This document shows, piece by piece, positions 31,250 to 43,091 of a stretch of 64,000 nt of DNA (the first letter of the stretch is position 1; each line of letters starts with the position of its first letter). Made by a program: the position numbers and the translations under genes. The notes below the pieces were generated by a model. The model searched no databases. It was given only the letters and a program-made list of their open reading frames with translations, and was not told the origin of the DNA. Origin of the DNA: SAR86 cluster bacterium AG-390-O18 (GTDB lineage Bacteria; Pseudomonadota; Gammaproteobacteria; Magnimaribacterales; AG-339-G14); NCBI GenBank assembly GCA_003279605.1, contig QCHF01000001.1, positions 26,075 to 90,074 of the forward strand, in the 5' to 3' direction.

Positions 31250-32206
31250 ATGTATTTGATAAGAGGATTAAAAAACTTATCGCTATTTAATGAGAGATTT
31301 AGCGAAGAAAAGCTTGTAGTAACTATTGGCAACTTTGATGGCCTCCATCAAGGCCATAAAAAAATAATTCGGGAAATGAAAAGTATTTCTCAAAACTCTA
31401 GTGCTAAAACGATGGTGATATTTACTGAGCCTCATGCAAAGGAATTCTTTTCTATGGATAAAAACATCATGGAGCAGCCAGCAAGAATCTCCCCTTGGCG
31501 AGACAAGTTTAAAAATTTAGAAAATGAAAATATAGATTTTGCCTTTTTCTTAAAATTTAATAAGTCTCTTCAAACTATGAGCCCAGAAATATTTATTGAG
31601 AAAGTTCTGGGATCATTAAACATTACCAATTTAATGATAGGAGATGATTTCAGATTTGGACAGAATAGAAAAGGGGATTTTTTAATGCTTAAAGAGTGGA
31701 GTAGGAGTAAGGGCATTTCACTATCAAAATTACCTACTTTTTCAATTAATAATCATCGCGTTAGCAGTACTTGGATTAGAGAGACACTATCTTTAAGTGA
31801 TTTTTCTTTAGCAAAAAAATTATTGGGTAGACCATACTCATTTGAGGGTAAAGTTGTTCATGGAAACAGATTGGGAAGATCAATAGGTTTCCCAACCGCA
31901 AATATATGGCTTCCAAAAAATAATTTGCCTATAAAAGGAGTGTTCTCTGTAAAGATTTCAATAGATATGTCAGAATTCGAAGGTATTGCCAATATTGGAA
32001 TCAGACCTACGGTTGGAGGCACCTCTCCAGTACTAGAAGTAAATATTTTTGATTTTAAAAAAGAAATATATGGGAAGCGTATAAAAGTAGAATTCGTTAA
32101 AAAAATAAGAGATGAAAAAAAGTTCAACAGCCTTGATGATCTAAAAAAACAAATTGCGATAGACGTAAATACTGCCAAAGAACAATTACTTGATGAAAAA
32201 AATTAA
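31250..32206 (+). CDS. ribF: Bifunctional riboflavin kinase / FMN adenylyltransferase
   Basis: Contains GNFDGLHQGH, SSTWIRE and GFPTANI. The ribF-ileS-lspA-ispH order supports the call. Confidence 0.94.
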   Translation: MYLIRGLKNLSLFNERFSEEKLVVTIGNFDGLHQGHKKIIREMKSISQNSSAKTMVIFTEPHAKEFFSMDKNIMEQPARISPWRDKFKNLENENIDFAFFLKFNKSLQTMSPEIFIEKVLGSLNITNLMIGDDFRFGQNRKGDFLMLKEWSRSKGISLSKLPTFSINNHRVSSTWIRETLSLSDFSLAKKLLGRPYSFEGKVVHGNRLGRSIGFPTANIWLPKNNLPIKGVFSVKISIDMSEFEGIANIGIRPTVGGTSPVLEVNIFDFKKEIYGKRIKVEFVKKIRDEKKFNSLDDLKKQIAIDVNTAKEQLLDEKN

Positions 32207-34967
32207 AGATACTTTAAATTTACCTAAAACCGGATTTTCCATGAAAGCCAACTTGGCTCAGAAAGAGCCAGAGATGATTAAGTATTGGGAAGAAATTAAG
32301 CTTTATGACCTGCTGCAAAGTAAAAATAAAGATGGTCCAAAATTTTTATTACATGACGGACCGCCTTATGCAAATGGTCCGATTCATCTTGGAACAACAA
32401 CTAATAAGGTACTGAAAGATATCATTATTAAATTTAAACAACTTCAGGGTTTTAACTCTCCATACATTCCAGGCTGGGATTGTCACGGACTTCCAATCGA
32501 ATTGAATGTTGAAAAAAAGATTGGAAAGGTAAACGTTGAAGTTCCAGCTGATAAGTTTAGAGAAGAGTGTCGAGAATACGCAAACCAACAAATTGCAATC
32601 CAAAGAAATGATTTTAAAAGGCTTGGGATTCAAGCGGATTGGAAGAATCCTTACAAAACCATGTCTTTTGATTACGAGGCGAATACCATCAGGGCGCTTG
32701 GTAAAATAATTGAAGCAAATCATTTAGTAAGAGGAGAAAAACCTGTTTACTGGTGTTCAGAATGCAAATCTGCTCTTGCTGAAGCTGAAGTTGAATATTA
32801 TGACAAAGAATCCACAGCAATAGATTTTCTCTTTCCAATACAAAAGGAAGTTCTTGAAAAATTACTTTCGTTAGAGATTAATTCTCCAACTTTTGCTGCA
32901 TCATGGACTACTACTCCATGGACAATTCCAAGTAATCAAGCAATTTCTTTCAATCCTGAGTTTGAGTATGAATTAATAGAATTTGAGCATGAAAATAATC
33001 AAATAGCTGTATTGGTTGCTTCAACTTTAAAGGAACGAACTTTGGAAAGAATAGATGTTGGTTCACACAATGTTTTAGGTAAGTTATCTGGAAGTGCATT
33101 AAAAGAAATTGAAGCGAATCATCCTTTTTTAAAGAGACGATCTTTATTTATTTCTGGAACGCATGTTACTGATGAAATGGGAACAGGTCTCGTTCATACC
33201 GCTCCTGCTCACGGTATGGATGATTATCATGCTTGCTTAGGTAAAGACTTAGATTTTCGAAGCCCGGTTGATGAAAAGGGTGAATTTATCGAAAGCCAAG
33301 AATTCGTTGGCGGACTTAATTTAGAGGAGGCAAATAATAAAATCATTGAATTATTGGCTGAAAAATCTTTATTACTTAGTAAAAGTACTTATAGACATAG
33401 TTTTCCAAATTGTTGGCGTCATAAAATTCCTGTATTTTTTAGAGCAACACCACAATGGTTTATTTCCATGGAAAAGAACTTTCTTTTGCAAAACTCTGAA
33501 GAAAAAATAAATGAGATCAATTGGCTCCCAGAGTGGGGAAAATCAAGAATTGAAGGAATGATGCAAGAAAGACCAGATTGGTGTATTTCAAGACAACGCT
33601 CTTGGGGAGTGCCGCTCCCTCTGTTCACTAAAAAAGAAACTGGAGAACTTCATCCTAAAACTCTAGAAATTATAGAAAAAGTTGCACAAGAGGTAGAAAA
33701 AATAGGTATCCAAGCTTGGTATGATATGGAGCCTAGTTCGTTAATCGACGATTATGAATTATATGAAAAATCCTCTGATATCTTGGATGTCTGGTTTGAC
33801 TCAGGCGTAACTCATCATTGTGTTTTAGAACAAAGAGAAAATTTATCTTATCCTGCAGATCTATATTTAGAAGGTTCAGATCAACACAGGGGGTGGTTTC
33901 AGTCTTCTTTGTTGACTGGCATGGCTATTAATAACGAGGCTCCGTATAGATCAGTTCTCACACACGGATTTGTAGTTGATGGCGAAGGAAAAAAACAATC
34001 TAAATCTCTTGGTAATACTGTTTCTCCTCAATCTGTTTGGAATAAGAAAGGAGCTGATATTCTTAGGGCATGGGTAGCCTCATCAGATTTTAGAAATGAA
34101 ATTTATTTTTCAGACGAAATCCTGGATAGAACGGCGGATTCTTATAGAAGAATCAGAAATACGATTAGATTTTTGTTATCTAATTTATATGATTTTGATC
34201 ATCAGAAAGAAGTCAGTTTAGATTCAAGAGTGGAAATAGACATATGGATTCTTAAAGAAGCAGAGAAACTCCAAAATGAAATTATTGAAGATTATTCAAA
34301 TTATGAGTTTCATTTGGCTTATCAAAAAATTCTAAATTTTTGTACTAACGAATTGGGAAGTTTTTATCTAGATATTCTCAAAGACAGACTCTATACCTCA
34401 AAAAAATCTGGTATTGCCAGAATTTCAGCACAAGCGACAATAAAAAGCCTATTGGATAAATTATTGTTATGGATTGCACCAATTTTAAGTTTCACCGCAG
34501 AAGAGGCTTTCAGAGAGCTTTATAAGGACAAAAAGTCTATTTTTCTTGAAAGTTTTTCATCAGCTCAGGAAGATATATCCCTTACTTTAGATGAAGATTC
34601 CTGGAAAGTGTTGAGCGAAATAAAAATTGAAGCAAATAAACTTTTGGAGGAAAAAAGAAATGATGGAATTATTGGCTCTTCCTTAGATGCTGAAGTAAAA
34701 ATCTTCTGTAACTCTGAGACCTTTTTAAGACTGAGTCCTTGTATTGATGAGTTGAAATTTCTTTTAATTGTTTCAGACGCTTCAATGGAGGTAGCTGATG
34801 ATGAAGGTCAATCTTCTATTTCAATCGAAGTAAAACCCTCTGGTAAAGAAAAATGTGATCGTTGCTGGCACCATACAGGAAATCTCAAAAAGATTTTAGA
34901 TTCAAATCTATGCCCAAGGTGCATAGAAAACGTTGAGGGCGAAGGTGAAAAAAGGAAGTTTTTTTAA
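32193..34967 (+). CDS. ileS: Isoleucine--tRNA ligase
   Basis: Contains [19 protein letters not shown] (HIGH), KQSKSLGN (KMSKS) and the C-terminal Zn Cys pairs CDRCWHH..CPRC. I used the ATG at 32193; the ORF track starts one codon earlier at a TTG. Confidence 0.97.
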   Translation: MKKIKDTLNLPKTGFSMKANLAQKEPEMIKYWEEIKLYDLLQSKNKDGPKFLLHDGPPYANGPIHLGTTTNKVLKDIIIKFKQLQGFNSPYIPGWDCHGLPIELNVEKKIGKVNVEVPADKFREECREYANQQIAIQRNDFKRLGIQADWKNPYKTMSFDYEANTIRALGKIIEANHLVRGEKPVYWCSECKSALAEAEVEYYDKESTAIDFLFPIQKEVLEKLLSLEINSPTFAASWTTTPWTIPSNQAISFNPEFEYELIEFEHENNQIAVLVASTLKERTLERIDVGSHNVLGKLSGSALKEIEANHPFLKRRSLFISGTHVTDEMGTGLVHTAPAHGMDDYHACLGKDLDFRSPVDEKGEFIESQEFVGGLNLEEANNKIIELLAEKSLLLSKSTYRHSFPNCWRHKIPVFFRATPQWFISMEKNFLLQNSEEKINEINWLPEWGKSRIEGMMQERPDWCISRQRSWGVPLPLFTKKETGELHPKTLEIIEKVAQEVEKIGIQAWYDMEPSSLIDDYELYEKSSDILDVWFDSGVTHHCVLEQRENLSYPADLYLEGSDQHRGWFQSSLLTGMAINNEAPYRSVLTHGFVVDGEGKKQSKSLGNTVSPQSVWNKKGADILRAWVASSDFRNEIYFSDEILDRTADSYRRIRNTIRFLLSNLYDFDHQKEVSLDSRVEIDIWILKEAEKLQNEIIEDYSNYEFHLAYQKILNFCTNELGSFYLDILKDRLYTSKKSGIARISAQATIKSLLDKLLLWIAPILSFTAEEAFRELYKDKKSIFLESFSSAQEDISLTLDEDSWKVLSEIKIEANKLLEEKRNDGIIGSSLDAEVKIFCNSETFLRLSPCIDELKFLLIVSDASMEVADDEGQSSISIEVKPSGKEKCDRCWHHTGNLKKILDSNLCPRCIENVEGEGEKRKFF

Positions 34968-35448
34968 ACCACAAAAATTATTCTTTCTAGCAGCATTAAT
35001 TATTTCTTTGGTCTTTTTTGATCAATTCTCAAAATACTTAATTGAGGCAAACTTTAATCTTTATGAGTCTACAAACATACTTCCTTACTTAAACTTCACT
35101 TTTATAAAAAATTTTGGTGGTGCTTTTAATTTATTTAATGATGCTTCTCTTAACTTAGGATTGATGTTTATTTTGTTAGTTTCTTTAATTTGTTTTTATC
35201 TTCTTTTGGCAATTTTTACCAATCTCGTATTCAAAGAAATTCTTTTCAAAGAGAGGGTTTTTTGGAGTCTTATTCTTGCTGGTGGGTTGGGAAATCTTTT
35301 AGATAGAATCACAAGAGGATATGTTGTAGATTTTATTGATATAACATTTAATCCTTATGTATTTAATTTAGCTGACTGCTTTGTGACATTAGGTATAATT
35401 TTTTTATTGATTGATTCCTTTTTTGCGCATAAATCTAATGCAGAGTAA
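34933..35448 (+). CDS. lspA: Lipoprotein signal peptidase (signal peptidase II)
   Basis: A 4-TM protein with [14 protein letters not shown] and VVDFID..FNLAD. The start is uncertain (TTG 34933 or GTG 34945). Confidence 0.9.
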   Translation: MRAKVKKGSFFKPQKLFFLAALIISLVFFDQFSKYLIEANFNLYESTNILPYLNFTFIKNFGGAFNLFNDASLNLGLMFILLVSLICFYLLLAIFTNLVFKEILFKERVFWSLILAGGLGNLLDRITRGYVVDFIDITFNPYVFNLADCFVTLGIIFLLIDSFFAHKSNAE

Positions 35449-36379
35449 GACCATTAAGCTAGCTAATCCTAGAGGCTTTTGTGCCGGAGTAGACAGGGCA
35501 ATAGATATCGTAAATATTGCTTTGGATAAATTTGGACCTCCTGTTTATGTAAGACATGAAGTTGTTCACAATCGAAAAGTTGTGCAAGACCTAAAAATTC
35601 GTGGAGCTAGATTTGTTGATAATCTTGATGAGGTTCCAGAAGGATCCATAACAATATTTTCAGCTCATGGTGTATCTGAAAAAGTAGAATCTCAAGCAAA
35701 AAAATATAATTTAAATTTTTTTGATGCTACTTGCCCACTTGTTACTAAAGTGCATATGGAAGTCATTAAATATGCTCAGCAAGGAAGAGACGTCATCATG
35801 ATCGGACATAAAAATCATCCTGAGGTTGAGGGAACTCTTGGCAGGTTTCCAAATAAAAGTTCAGGAAAAATATATCTCGTTGAAGATGAAAAGGATGCTC
35901 ATAATATAAATATTTCTCAGCCCTCTAATTTAGCTTTAGTAACTCAGACAACTCTCTCGGTAGATGATACAAAGCAGATCATTGAAATTCTCAAGAAAAG
36001 ATTCCCTGAAATAAAATCACCAAATGCAGATGATATTTGTTATGCAACACAAAATAGACAAGATGCTGTAAAGCAGCTTGCTTTAGAAACAGACTTTATA
36101 ATTGTTGTTGGTTCTGAGAATAGCTCAAATTCAAATAGATTGAAGGAATTAGCAGAGCTCATGGGTACGGAATCATGTTTGGTAGATCATGTTTCACAAC
36201 TTTCTGAGGACTCTTTAAAAAATATTAGTAAATTAGGAATTACATCAGGAGCTTCAGCTCCTGAAGAACTTGTCAAAGAAATAATTTCTTACTGTAAAGG
36301 TTTTGGGTTTTCTACAGTTAAAGAAATTCAAGGCCTTAAAGAAAATATATCCTTCAAACTACCAAAAGAGCTTAGATGA
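35438..36379 (+). CDS. ispH: 4-hydroxy-3-methylbut-2-enyl diphosphate reductase
   Basis: Contains [34 protein letters not shown] and NSSNSNRL. Start placed at the ATG at 35438. Confidence 0.95.
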   Translation: MQSKTIKLANPRGFCAGVDRAIDIVNIALDKFGPPVYVRHEVVHNRKVVQDLKIRGARFVDNLDEVPEGSITIFSAHGVSEKVESQAKKYNLNFFDATCPLVTKVHMEVIKYAQQGRDVIMIGHKNHPEVEGTLGRFPNKSSGKIYLVEDEKDAHNINISQPSNLALVTQTTLSVDDTKQIIEILKKRFPEIKSPNADDICYATQNRQDAVKQLALETDFIIVVGSENSSNSNRLKELAELMGTESCLVDHVSQLSEDSLKNISKLGITSGASAPEELVKEIISYCKGFGFSTVKEIQGLKENISFKLPKELR

Positions 36380-37617
36380 AAAGTGACATAGCAATTATTG
36401 GAGCCGGTATTGCTGGCATAACAACAGCGTATGCACTTGCTAAAAAAGGTCAGAAAGTGACTTTAATTGATTCCAGAAGATATCCTGCAATGGCAACTAG
36501 TTATGCTAATGGAGGCCAATTAAGTGCCAGTAATTCCGAAACTTGGAATACTACAAAAAATATACTTAATGGAATAAAGTGGATGTTCAAGAAAGATGCT
36601 CCGCTTCTTTTTAATCCTTCGCCAAGTATTCAAAAATACAAGTGGATGATAGGGTTTCTTCTTGCTACATTTAATGGTAAACATAAATCTAATACTCAAC
36701 AAACTATTGAGTTAGCCAAAAGAGCTAGAGAAATATACTTCGATATAGCAGACTCTGAAGGCATTAAGTTTGATCTTCTAAAGAAAGGTATTCTTCATTT
36801 TTACAATGATGAGAAAGAATTTAGTTCTGCAGCAGACAAAGCTTCTTGGCTAGATCAGGAAGGAATGGAATGGGAGGCTTTATCTTTAGATGAAATTGAA
36901 GATTTGGAACCTGCATTCAAGTCTGCAAGCAACGAAAAGAAAATAGTCGGAGGAATTTATACAAAATCGGATGCGAGTGGTGATATTCATAAGTTTTGCA
37001 CTAATATGATTAAAACTTTAGAAGAAAAGTATGGTGTTGAAACTTTTTTCAATACTGAAATAGAAACAATTTATAAAGACAAAGATAAAGTAATTCTTTC
37101 TGCGACAGATCAAGCCAATTCAAAAGGATATGTTTTTGATCAAGTTGCAGTTTGTGCCGGCGTTGAAACTCAAAAGTTTGCAGATATATTAGGAGATGGC
37201 ATGAGAGTTTATCCTGTCAAAGGATATAGTGTAACCATCTATCTCGACGATATGATTTCTCAACAAGCTGCTCCTCAAGTATCTTTATTGGATGATCCGG
37301 TAAAAATTGTTTCCAGTAGGCTTGGTAATAGACTTAGGGTTGCAGGAACTGCAGAATTGGCAGGAAAGAATAAAGATATTAGACAAGATAGAATTCGTCC
37401 TTTGCTTAATTGGGTAAGAGAATATTTTCCTTCAGTAAGTACGGAAAACTATACACCCTGGGCCGGTTTGAGACCTATGACACCTGACATGATGCCTTTA
37501 ATATTTGAGAGTAAAGTTAAGGGAATATTTTATAATACTGGACACGGTCACTTAGGTTGGACTTTAGGCGCAGCTACTGGCGAAATATTGGCTGAAAAGA
37601 TGGGAAATGATCAATAA
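36376..37617 (+). CDS. FAD-dependent D-amino-acid dehydrogenase-like oxidoreductase
   Basis: Contains [21 protein letters not shown] and a DAO-family body ending GHGHLGWT. Confidence 0.75.
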   Translation: MKSDIAIIGAGIAGITTAYALAKKGQKVTLIDSRRYPAMATSYANGGQLSASNSETWNTTKNILNGIKWMFKKDAPLLFNPSPSIQKYKWMIGFLLATFNGKHKSNTQQTIELAKRAREIYFDIADSEGIKFDLLKKGILHFYNDEKEFSSAADKASWLDQEGMEWEALSLDEIEDLEPAFKSASNEKKIVGGIYTKSDASGDIHKFCTNMIKTLEEKYGVETFFNTEIETIYKDKDKVILSATDQANSKGYVFDQVAVCAGVETQKFADILGDGMRVYPVKGYSVTIYLDDMISQQAAPQVSLLDDPVKIVSSRLGNRLRVAGTAELAGKNKDIRQDRIRPLLNWVREYFPSVSTENYTPWAGLRPMTPDMMPLIFESKVKGIFYNTGHGHLGWTLGAATGEILAEKMGNDQ

Positions 37618-38137
37618 AGAAGGTTGGCTTACAGAAGCGGAAAAACACTTATCTCCAAACTTTGATCAAAGACCAATAAACTCTGAGATAAAACTCATTG
37701 TTATTCACAACATTAGCCTACCCCCTGAAAACTTTGAGCCTGAGAATGTCAAGAAATTCTTTAAGAACGAACTTGATTTTGAGTCTCATAAGTTTTTTCA
37801 CGAGATTAGAGATTTAAAAGTATCCAGTCATTTTGTAATTGATCGAACAGGAAAAATTTATCAATTTGTATCGGTCTATGACAGGGCATGGCATTCTGGC
37901 GTATCTTCTTTTGAAAACCAAGAGAATTGCAATGATTTTTCATTAGGCATCGAACTCATTGGCAGTGACAATACTCCTTTTGAAGATAATCAATATGATT
38001 CTTTAGAAAGACTTATAGAAATTCTATGCAATTCTTTTCCGGAGATTAAAAAAGAAAATATCGTAGGCCATTCTGAAATCGCGCCAGGTCGAAAGACTGA
38101 CCCAGGACCCTTTTTTGATTGGTCAAAGATAAGATAA
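37607..38137 (+). CDS. ampD: 1,6-anhydro-N-acetylmuramyl-L-alanine amidase AmpD
   Basis: Amidase_2 signatures are present (SPNFDQRP, IVIHNISLP, AWHSG, GHSEIAPGRKTDPGP.FDW). Confidence 0.88.
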   Translation: MINKEGWLTEAEKHLSPNFDQRPINSEIKLIVIHNISLPPENFEPENVKKFFKNELDFESHKFFHEIRDLKVSSHFVIDRTGKIYQFVSVYDRAWHSGVSSFENQENCNDFSLGIELIGSDNTPFEDNQYDSLERLIEILCNSFPEIKKENIVGHSEIAPGRKTDPGPFFDWSKIR

Positions 38138-38146
38138 TATAGCGTA

Positions 38147-38629
38147 ATGCCTTCTTTTGATATTGAATCCAAAATTGATAATCATGAGTTATCAAACGCA
38201 ATAGATCAAACTAATAGAGTGATCACGAATAGATATGACCTGAAAGATGCAAATGCCAATGTGGCTTTGCAAGAGAATGAAATCAAGGTTTCTGCTAATG
38301 AGTCCTTTCAAATAGATCAAATTATCCCAATTCTCAAAGAAAATTTAAGTAAACGCAAAATTGATTTGAAGAGCTTGAAAATAGGGGATACTCATGAAGC
38401 CAATAATTCTGCTTCAGTAAATATTGAACTTGTACAAGGTATTTCTAGCGAAATAGGAAAAGAAATTAATACACTTATAAAAGCAAAAAAGATGAAAGTT
38501 CAAAGTTCCATCCAAGGAGACTCCGTAAGAGTCTCAGGAAAGAAAAGAGATGATCTTCAAGCTGCAATCACATTAATAAAAGAACAAAATTTCGATATTC
38601 CTCTACAATTTCAAAATTTTAGAGACTAA
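38147..38629 (+). CDS. yajQ: YajQ family nucleotide-binding protein (UPF0234)
   Basis: Starts MPSFDIESKID..ELSNAIDQ and is 160 aa. Confidence 0.88.
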   Translation: MPSFDIESKIDNHELSNAIDQTNRVITNRYDLKDANANVALQENEIKVSANESFQIDQIIPILKENLSKRKIDLKSLKIGDTHEANNSASVNIELVQGISSEIGKEINTLIKAKKMKVQSSIQGDSVRVSGKKRDDLQAAITLIKEQNFDIPLQFQNFRD

Positions 38630-38631
38630 AA

Positions 38632-39912
38632 ATGACTCTTATAGACTCCTTGAGGAATTATTTAAGTCCTCAAATTTTAGTAATTTTGTGCTTAGGTTTT
38701 ATCTCCGGAGTGCCATATGGGGTCTTAATGGACCCTCTAAATTATTGGCTATCAGAAGAGGGTATTGAAAAATCTACAATTGGTCTGCTTTCATTGGTTT
38801 TTTTAATTTACTCTTTAAAAGTATTTTGGGCTCCTTTAGTAGATCGTTTAAAAATTCCAGGACTTCATAATTTAGGACAACGAAAATCATGGTTATTTTT
38901 TTCACAGTTTGTCACCGGTTTAATCATATTATCAATTAGTTTTGTTGAACCTAAAGAAAGTTTAAATATTTTTGTTTATCTGATTCTTGCAATTGGATTT
39001 TTTTCTGCTACTCAAGATATATGTGCCGACGCTTTAAGAATAGAACTTGTTGAAAAAAGGGAGTTAGGTGAGGCATCAGCAGTTTTTGTTATTGGTTGGA
39101 GAATCGGCGCTATTTTGCTTTCTGGCGTAGCAACTTTTTACCTAGCTGAATTATATGGATGGAGTTTTGCATACCAAATGATAGGCATAATTGTAATTTT
39201 TTTGTCTTTTATTTTTTTAATTCTCATAAGAGAGCCAGAAAGAGACATTAGACCTCCAAAAGATTTTTTTAAAGAACCTCTTGCTTGGTTTGAAGATTCC
39301 TTTTTAGCTCCATTAAAGGACCTTTATTTAAGATATAAAAATCATCTACTGCTATTACTTTTCCTAATATTTACTTATCGACTTAGTGATATGTTTTTAG
39401 GCCCAATGGCTATGCCTTTTTACAGAGAAACAGGATTTACAAAAATTGAAGTAGCAGAGATAACTAATTTTTATGGACTTATCATGACTATCTTTGGCGG
39501 TCTATTTGCAGGAGCTTCAGTATATCGCTATGGCCTTTCAAAAAATTTAGTTGCAGGGGCTATTTTGACCCCTTTAACCAATCTTCCTTTCATTTATCTA
39601 AACATGATTGGTCATGATGTAAATTTTCTTATAGTCACTATTACTTTAGACAACTTTACGCAGGGATTTGTGAATGTGATGGGCGTTACTATTCTAGGTA
39701 CAATTGTTTCAAAAAGTTTTACCGCAACACAGTTTGCTTTTTTAGTAGCATTGGTATCTGTACCTCCAAGGATTATTTCAGGAGGCTCAGGAATAATTGT
39801 CGATAGTATGGGTTTTCATGAGTTTTTCATAATCTGCGCGATACTTGGAATTCCGGCAATTATTTTCTCGATAATGGCACACAAAAGAAGACACGCACTT
39901 GGTTTTGAATAG
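38632..39912 (+). CDS. ampG: MFS permease AmpG (muropeptide importer) family
   Basis: A 426-aa MFS protein with AmpG-like LVDR motif regions, located next to ampD. Confidence 0.8.
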   Translation: MTLIDSLRNYLSPQILVILCLGFISGVPYGVLMDPLNYWLSEEGIEKSTIGLLSLVFLIYSLKVFWAPLVDRLKIPGLHNLGQRKSWLFFSQFVTGLIILSISFVEPKESLNIFVYLILAIGFFSATQDICADALRIELVEKRELGEASAVFVIGWRIGAILLSGVATFYLAELYGWSFAYQMIGIIVIFLSFIFLILIREPERDIRPPKDFFKEPLAWFEDSFLAPLKDLYLRYKNHLLLLLFLIFTYRLSDMFLGPMAMPFYRETGFTKIEVAEITNFYGLIMTIFGGLFAGASVYRYGLSKNLVAGAILTPLTNLPFIYLNMIGHDVNFLIVTITLDNFTQGFVNVMGVTILGTIVSKSFTATQFAFLVALVSVPPRIISGGSGIIVDSMGFHEFFIICAILGIPAIIFSIMAHKRRHALGFE

Positions 39913-40252
39913 AAGCGTATATTTAAACAGATGGTTAAATAGTTTTTATATTCTATTTTTCATTTCTTTGTATTTATTTTTTGCTCCTCTCGAGGATGAT
40001 GGTACAGAAATTTTTCCTAACTCAGATAAAGTAGCGCATTTTTCTATTTTTTTCTTAATGACTGTTTTATTAATAATCGGCAGATTAAAAAAGAATTACG
40101 CACTGATTTTCTGTTTTATTTATGCTTTCTTTTCTGAAATTGTTCAAACTTTTCTTAGTTATAGAACCGGCAGTATTTTTGACTTTGTCTCAGATATTTT
40201 AGGAATAACATTTGCAATCTTTTTCATTTCATTACTTGAAAAAAGAGTTTAA
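39899..40252 (+). CDS. VanZ-like small membrane protein
   Basis: Contains DKVAHFSIFF, EIVQ and R.GSIFDFVSDILG; 4 TM segments. Confidence 0.7.
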   Translation: MVLNRSVYLNRWLNSFYILFFISLYLFFAPLEDDGTEIFPNSDKVAHFSIFFLMTVLLIIGRLKKNYALIFCFIYAFFSEIVQTFLSYRTGSIFDFVSDILGITFAIFFISLLEKRV

Positions 40253-40271
40253 GAACATAAATAAATAAAAG

Positions 40272-40300
40272 TTGTGAATTAAGCAATCGTTTAATAGAAT
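40272..40300 (+). promoter_or_regulatory. Putative sigma70-type promoter of groESL (TTGTGA-17 nt-TAGAAT)
   Basis: The -35-like TTGTGA is at 40272-40277 and the -10-like TAGAAT at 40295-40300, 17 nt apart. It is followed by GCGCATCTCA, which also occurs at the rpsP promoter. Confidence 0.5.
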
Positions 40301-40342
40301 GCGCATCTCACATTTGTTTAGTTATTTTTAAGGAGTGCTAAT

Positions 40343-40636
40343 ATGAAATTTAATCCATTAGGAGACAAACTTCTAGTAAGAAGAAGCGATGAGGAAGAAA
40401 CTACTGCAGGAGGTATTGTCCTGCCTGGATCTGCAGCTGAAAAGCCTTCCCAAGGCGAGGTATTAGCTATTGGTCCAGGAAGAGTTCTTGATTCAGGAGA
40501 AAAAGTCGATGTTCCAGTAAGCGTTGGAGATACAGTTGTTTTTGGTCAATATGCTGGAAGCAACACTATAAAAGTTGATGGTGAAGAATTACTAATTCTT
40601 AGTGAAAGTGATCTTCTTGGAACAGTTTCTAAGTAA
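40343..40636 (+). CDS. groES: Co-chaperonin GroES
   Basis: Contains [10 protein letters not shown] and [12 protein letters not shown] strong AAGGAG RBS lies upstream. Confidence 0.97.
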   Translation: MKFNPLGDKLLVRRSDEEETTAGGIVLPGSAAEKPSQGEVLAIGPGRVLDSGEKVDVPVSVGDTVVFGQYAGSNTIKVDGEELLILSESDLLGTVSK

Positions 40637-40666
40637 ACAATTAAATATTTTTTTAATACGAGGTAA

Positions 40667-42313
<1,647 letters not shown>

Positions 42314-42326
42314 AAATCTTCTATCG

Positions 42327-42362
42327 AAAAAAAAGAGGCCATGTTAGGCCTCTTTTTTTTAT
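42327..42362 (+). terminator. Rho-independent terminator after groEL
   Basis: The hairpin AAGAGGCC-ATGTTA-GGCCTCTT is followed by a T8 run, with an A-run upstream. It is the only clear intrinsic terminator I could see in the window. Confidence 0.85.
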
Positions 42363-42406
42363 TTTACGGATTTAGAATATAATGAAGCTTTTAAGAGGGA
42401 AATCTA

Positions 42407-43090
42407 ATGGAAATAGAACTATATTTATACAATGTCCTAGTGAGATGGGGACACATCTTAGTTGGTATCGCTTGGATTGGGCTTTTATATTATTTCAATT
42501 TTGTGCAAACAGAATACGTAAAAGTTGCAGATCCGGATGCTAAGGCAGATGTTATGAAAAAATTGGCGCCTAATGCACTTTGGTGGTTTAGATGGGCTGC
42601 TTTTTTAACCTTTTTAACAGGTTTATATCTTTTGTATGTTCAAGAGAGAGCCATTACTACAGCTATAACTTTAGGGTCGCTCATGGGTATAATCATGATG
42701 TTGAATGTTTGGGGAATCATTTGGCGTAATCAGAAAATTGTTATTGGCCTTAAAGAAGGAGACGCGGCTGCAGCAGGAGCCAAAGCTGGTCTAGCCTCGA
42801 GGACAAATACTTTACTTTCTTTACCAATGCTTTATTTCATGGTTTCCTCAGCTCATGGTGGAACTGCTTCTTACCCGAAATCGTACCTTTTAATTGACCA
42901 ATCTGCTGCGGGTGGACCCATTGCAGGTTATTTAGGTTATGATTTTTGGATTGTAGTAGCTGCGGTACTTTTGATAGAGTTGAATGCAATTTATGGAAAA
43001 ATGTTTCCTGTAATTGCATCTGTAAGATCGGTTATAACTTCTAGCTTTATCTTAACTATTATTTTTTCTGGCCTAGTTTTTTATATTTAG
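42407..43090 (+). CDS. Integral membrane protein resembling the N-terminal membrane domain of the PuuD (urate hydroxylase) family; function unknown
   Basis: 227 aa and about 5 TM segments. The motif LVRWGHILVGIAWIGLLYYFNFVQ resembles the conserved first helix of PuuD-type proteins (from memory). No cytochrome c CxxCH motif is present. Confidence 0.45.
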   Translation: MEIELYLYNVLVRWGHILVGIAWIGLLYYFNFVQTEYVKVADPDAKADVMKKLAPNALWWFRWAAFLTFLTGLYLLYVQERAITTAITLGSLMGIIMMLNVWGIIWRNQKIVIGLKEGDAAAAGAKAGLASRTNTLLSLPMLYFMVSSAHGGTASYPKSYLLIDQSAAGGPIAGYLGYDFWIVVAAVLLIELNAIYGKMFPVIASVRSVITSSFILTIIFSGLVFYI

Positions 43091-43091
43091 G

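Noticed and set aside
40272-40308. A possible sigma32 heat-shock promoter for groESL (TTGTGAA ... GCGCATCT resembling CTTGAAA ... CCCCATNT).
   Set aside because: The spacer would be 22 nt instead of about 13-15 nt. The same architecture precedes rpsP, which is not a heat-shock gene. A sigma70-type reading (17-nt spacer to TAGAAT) fits better.
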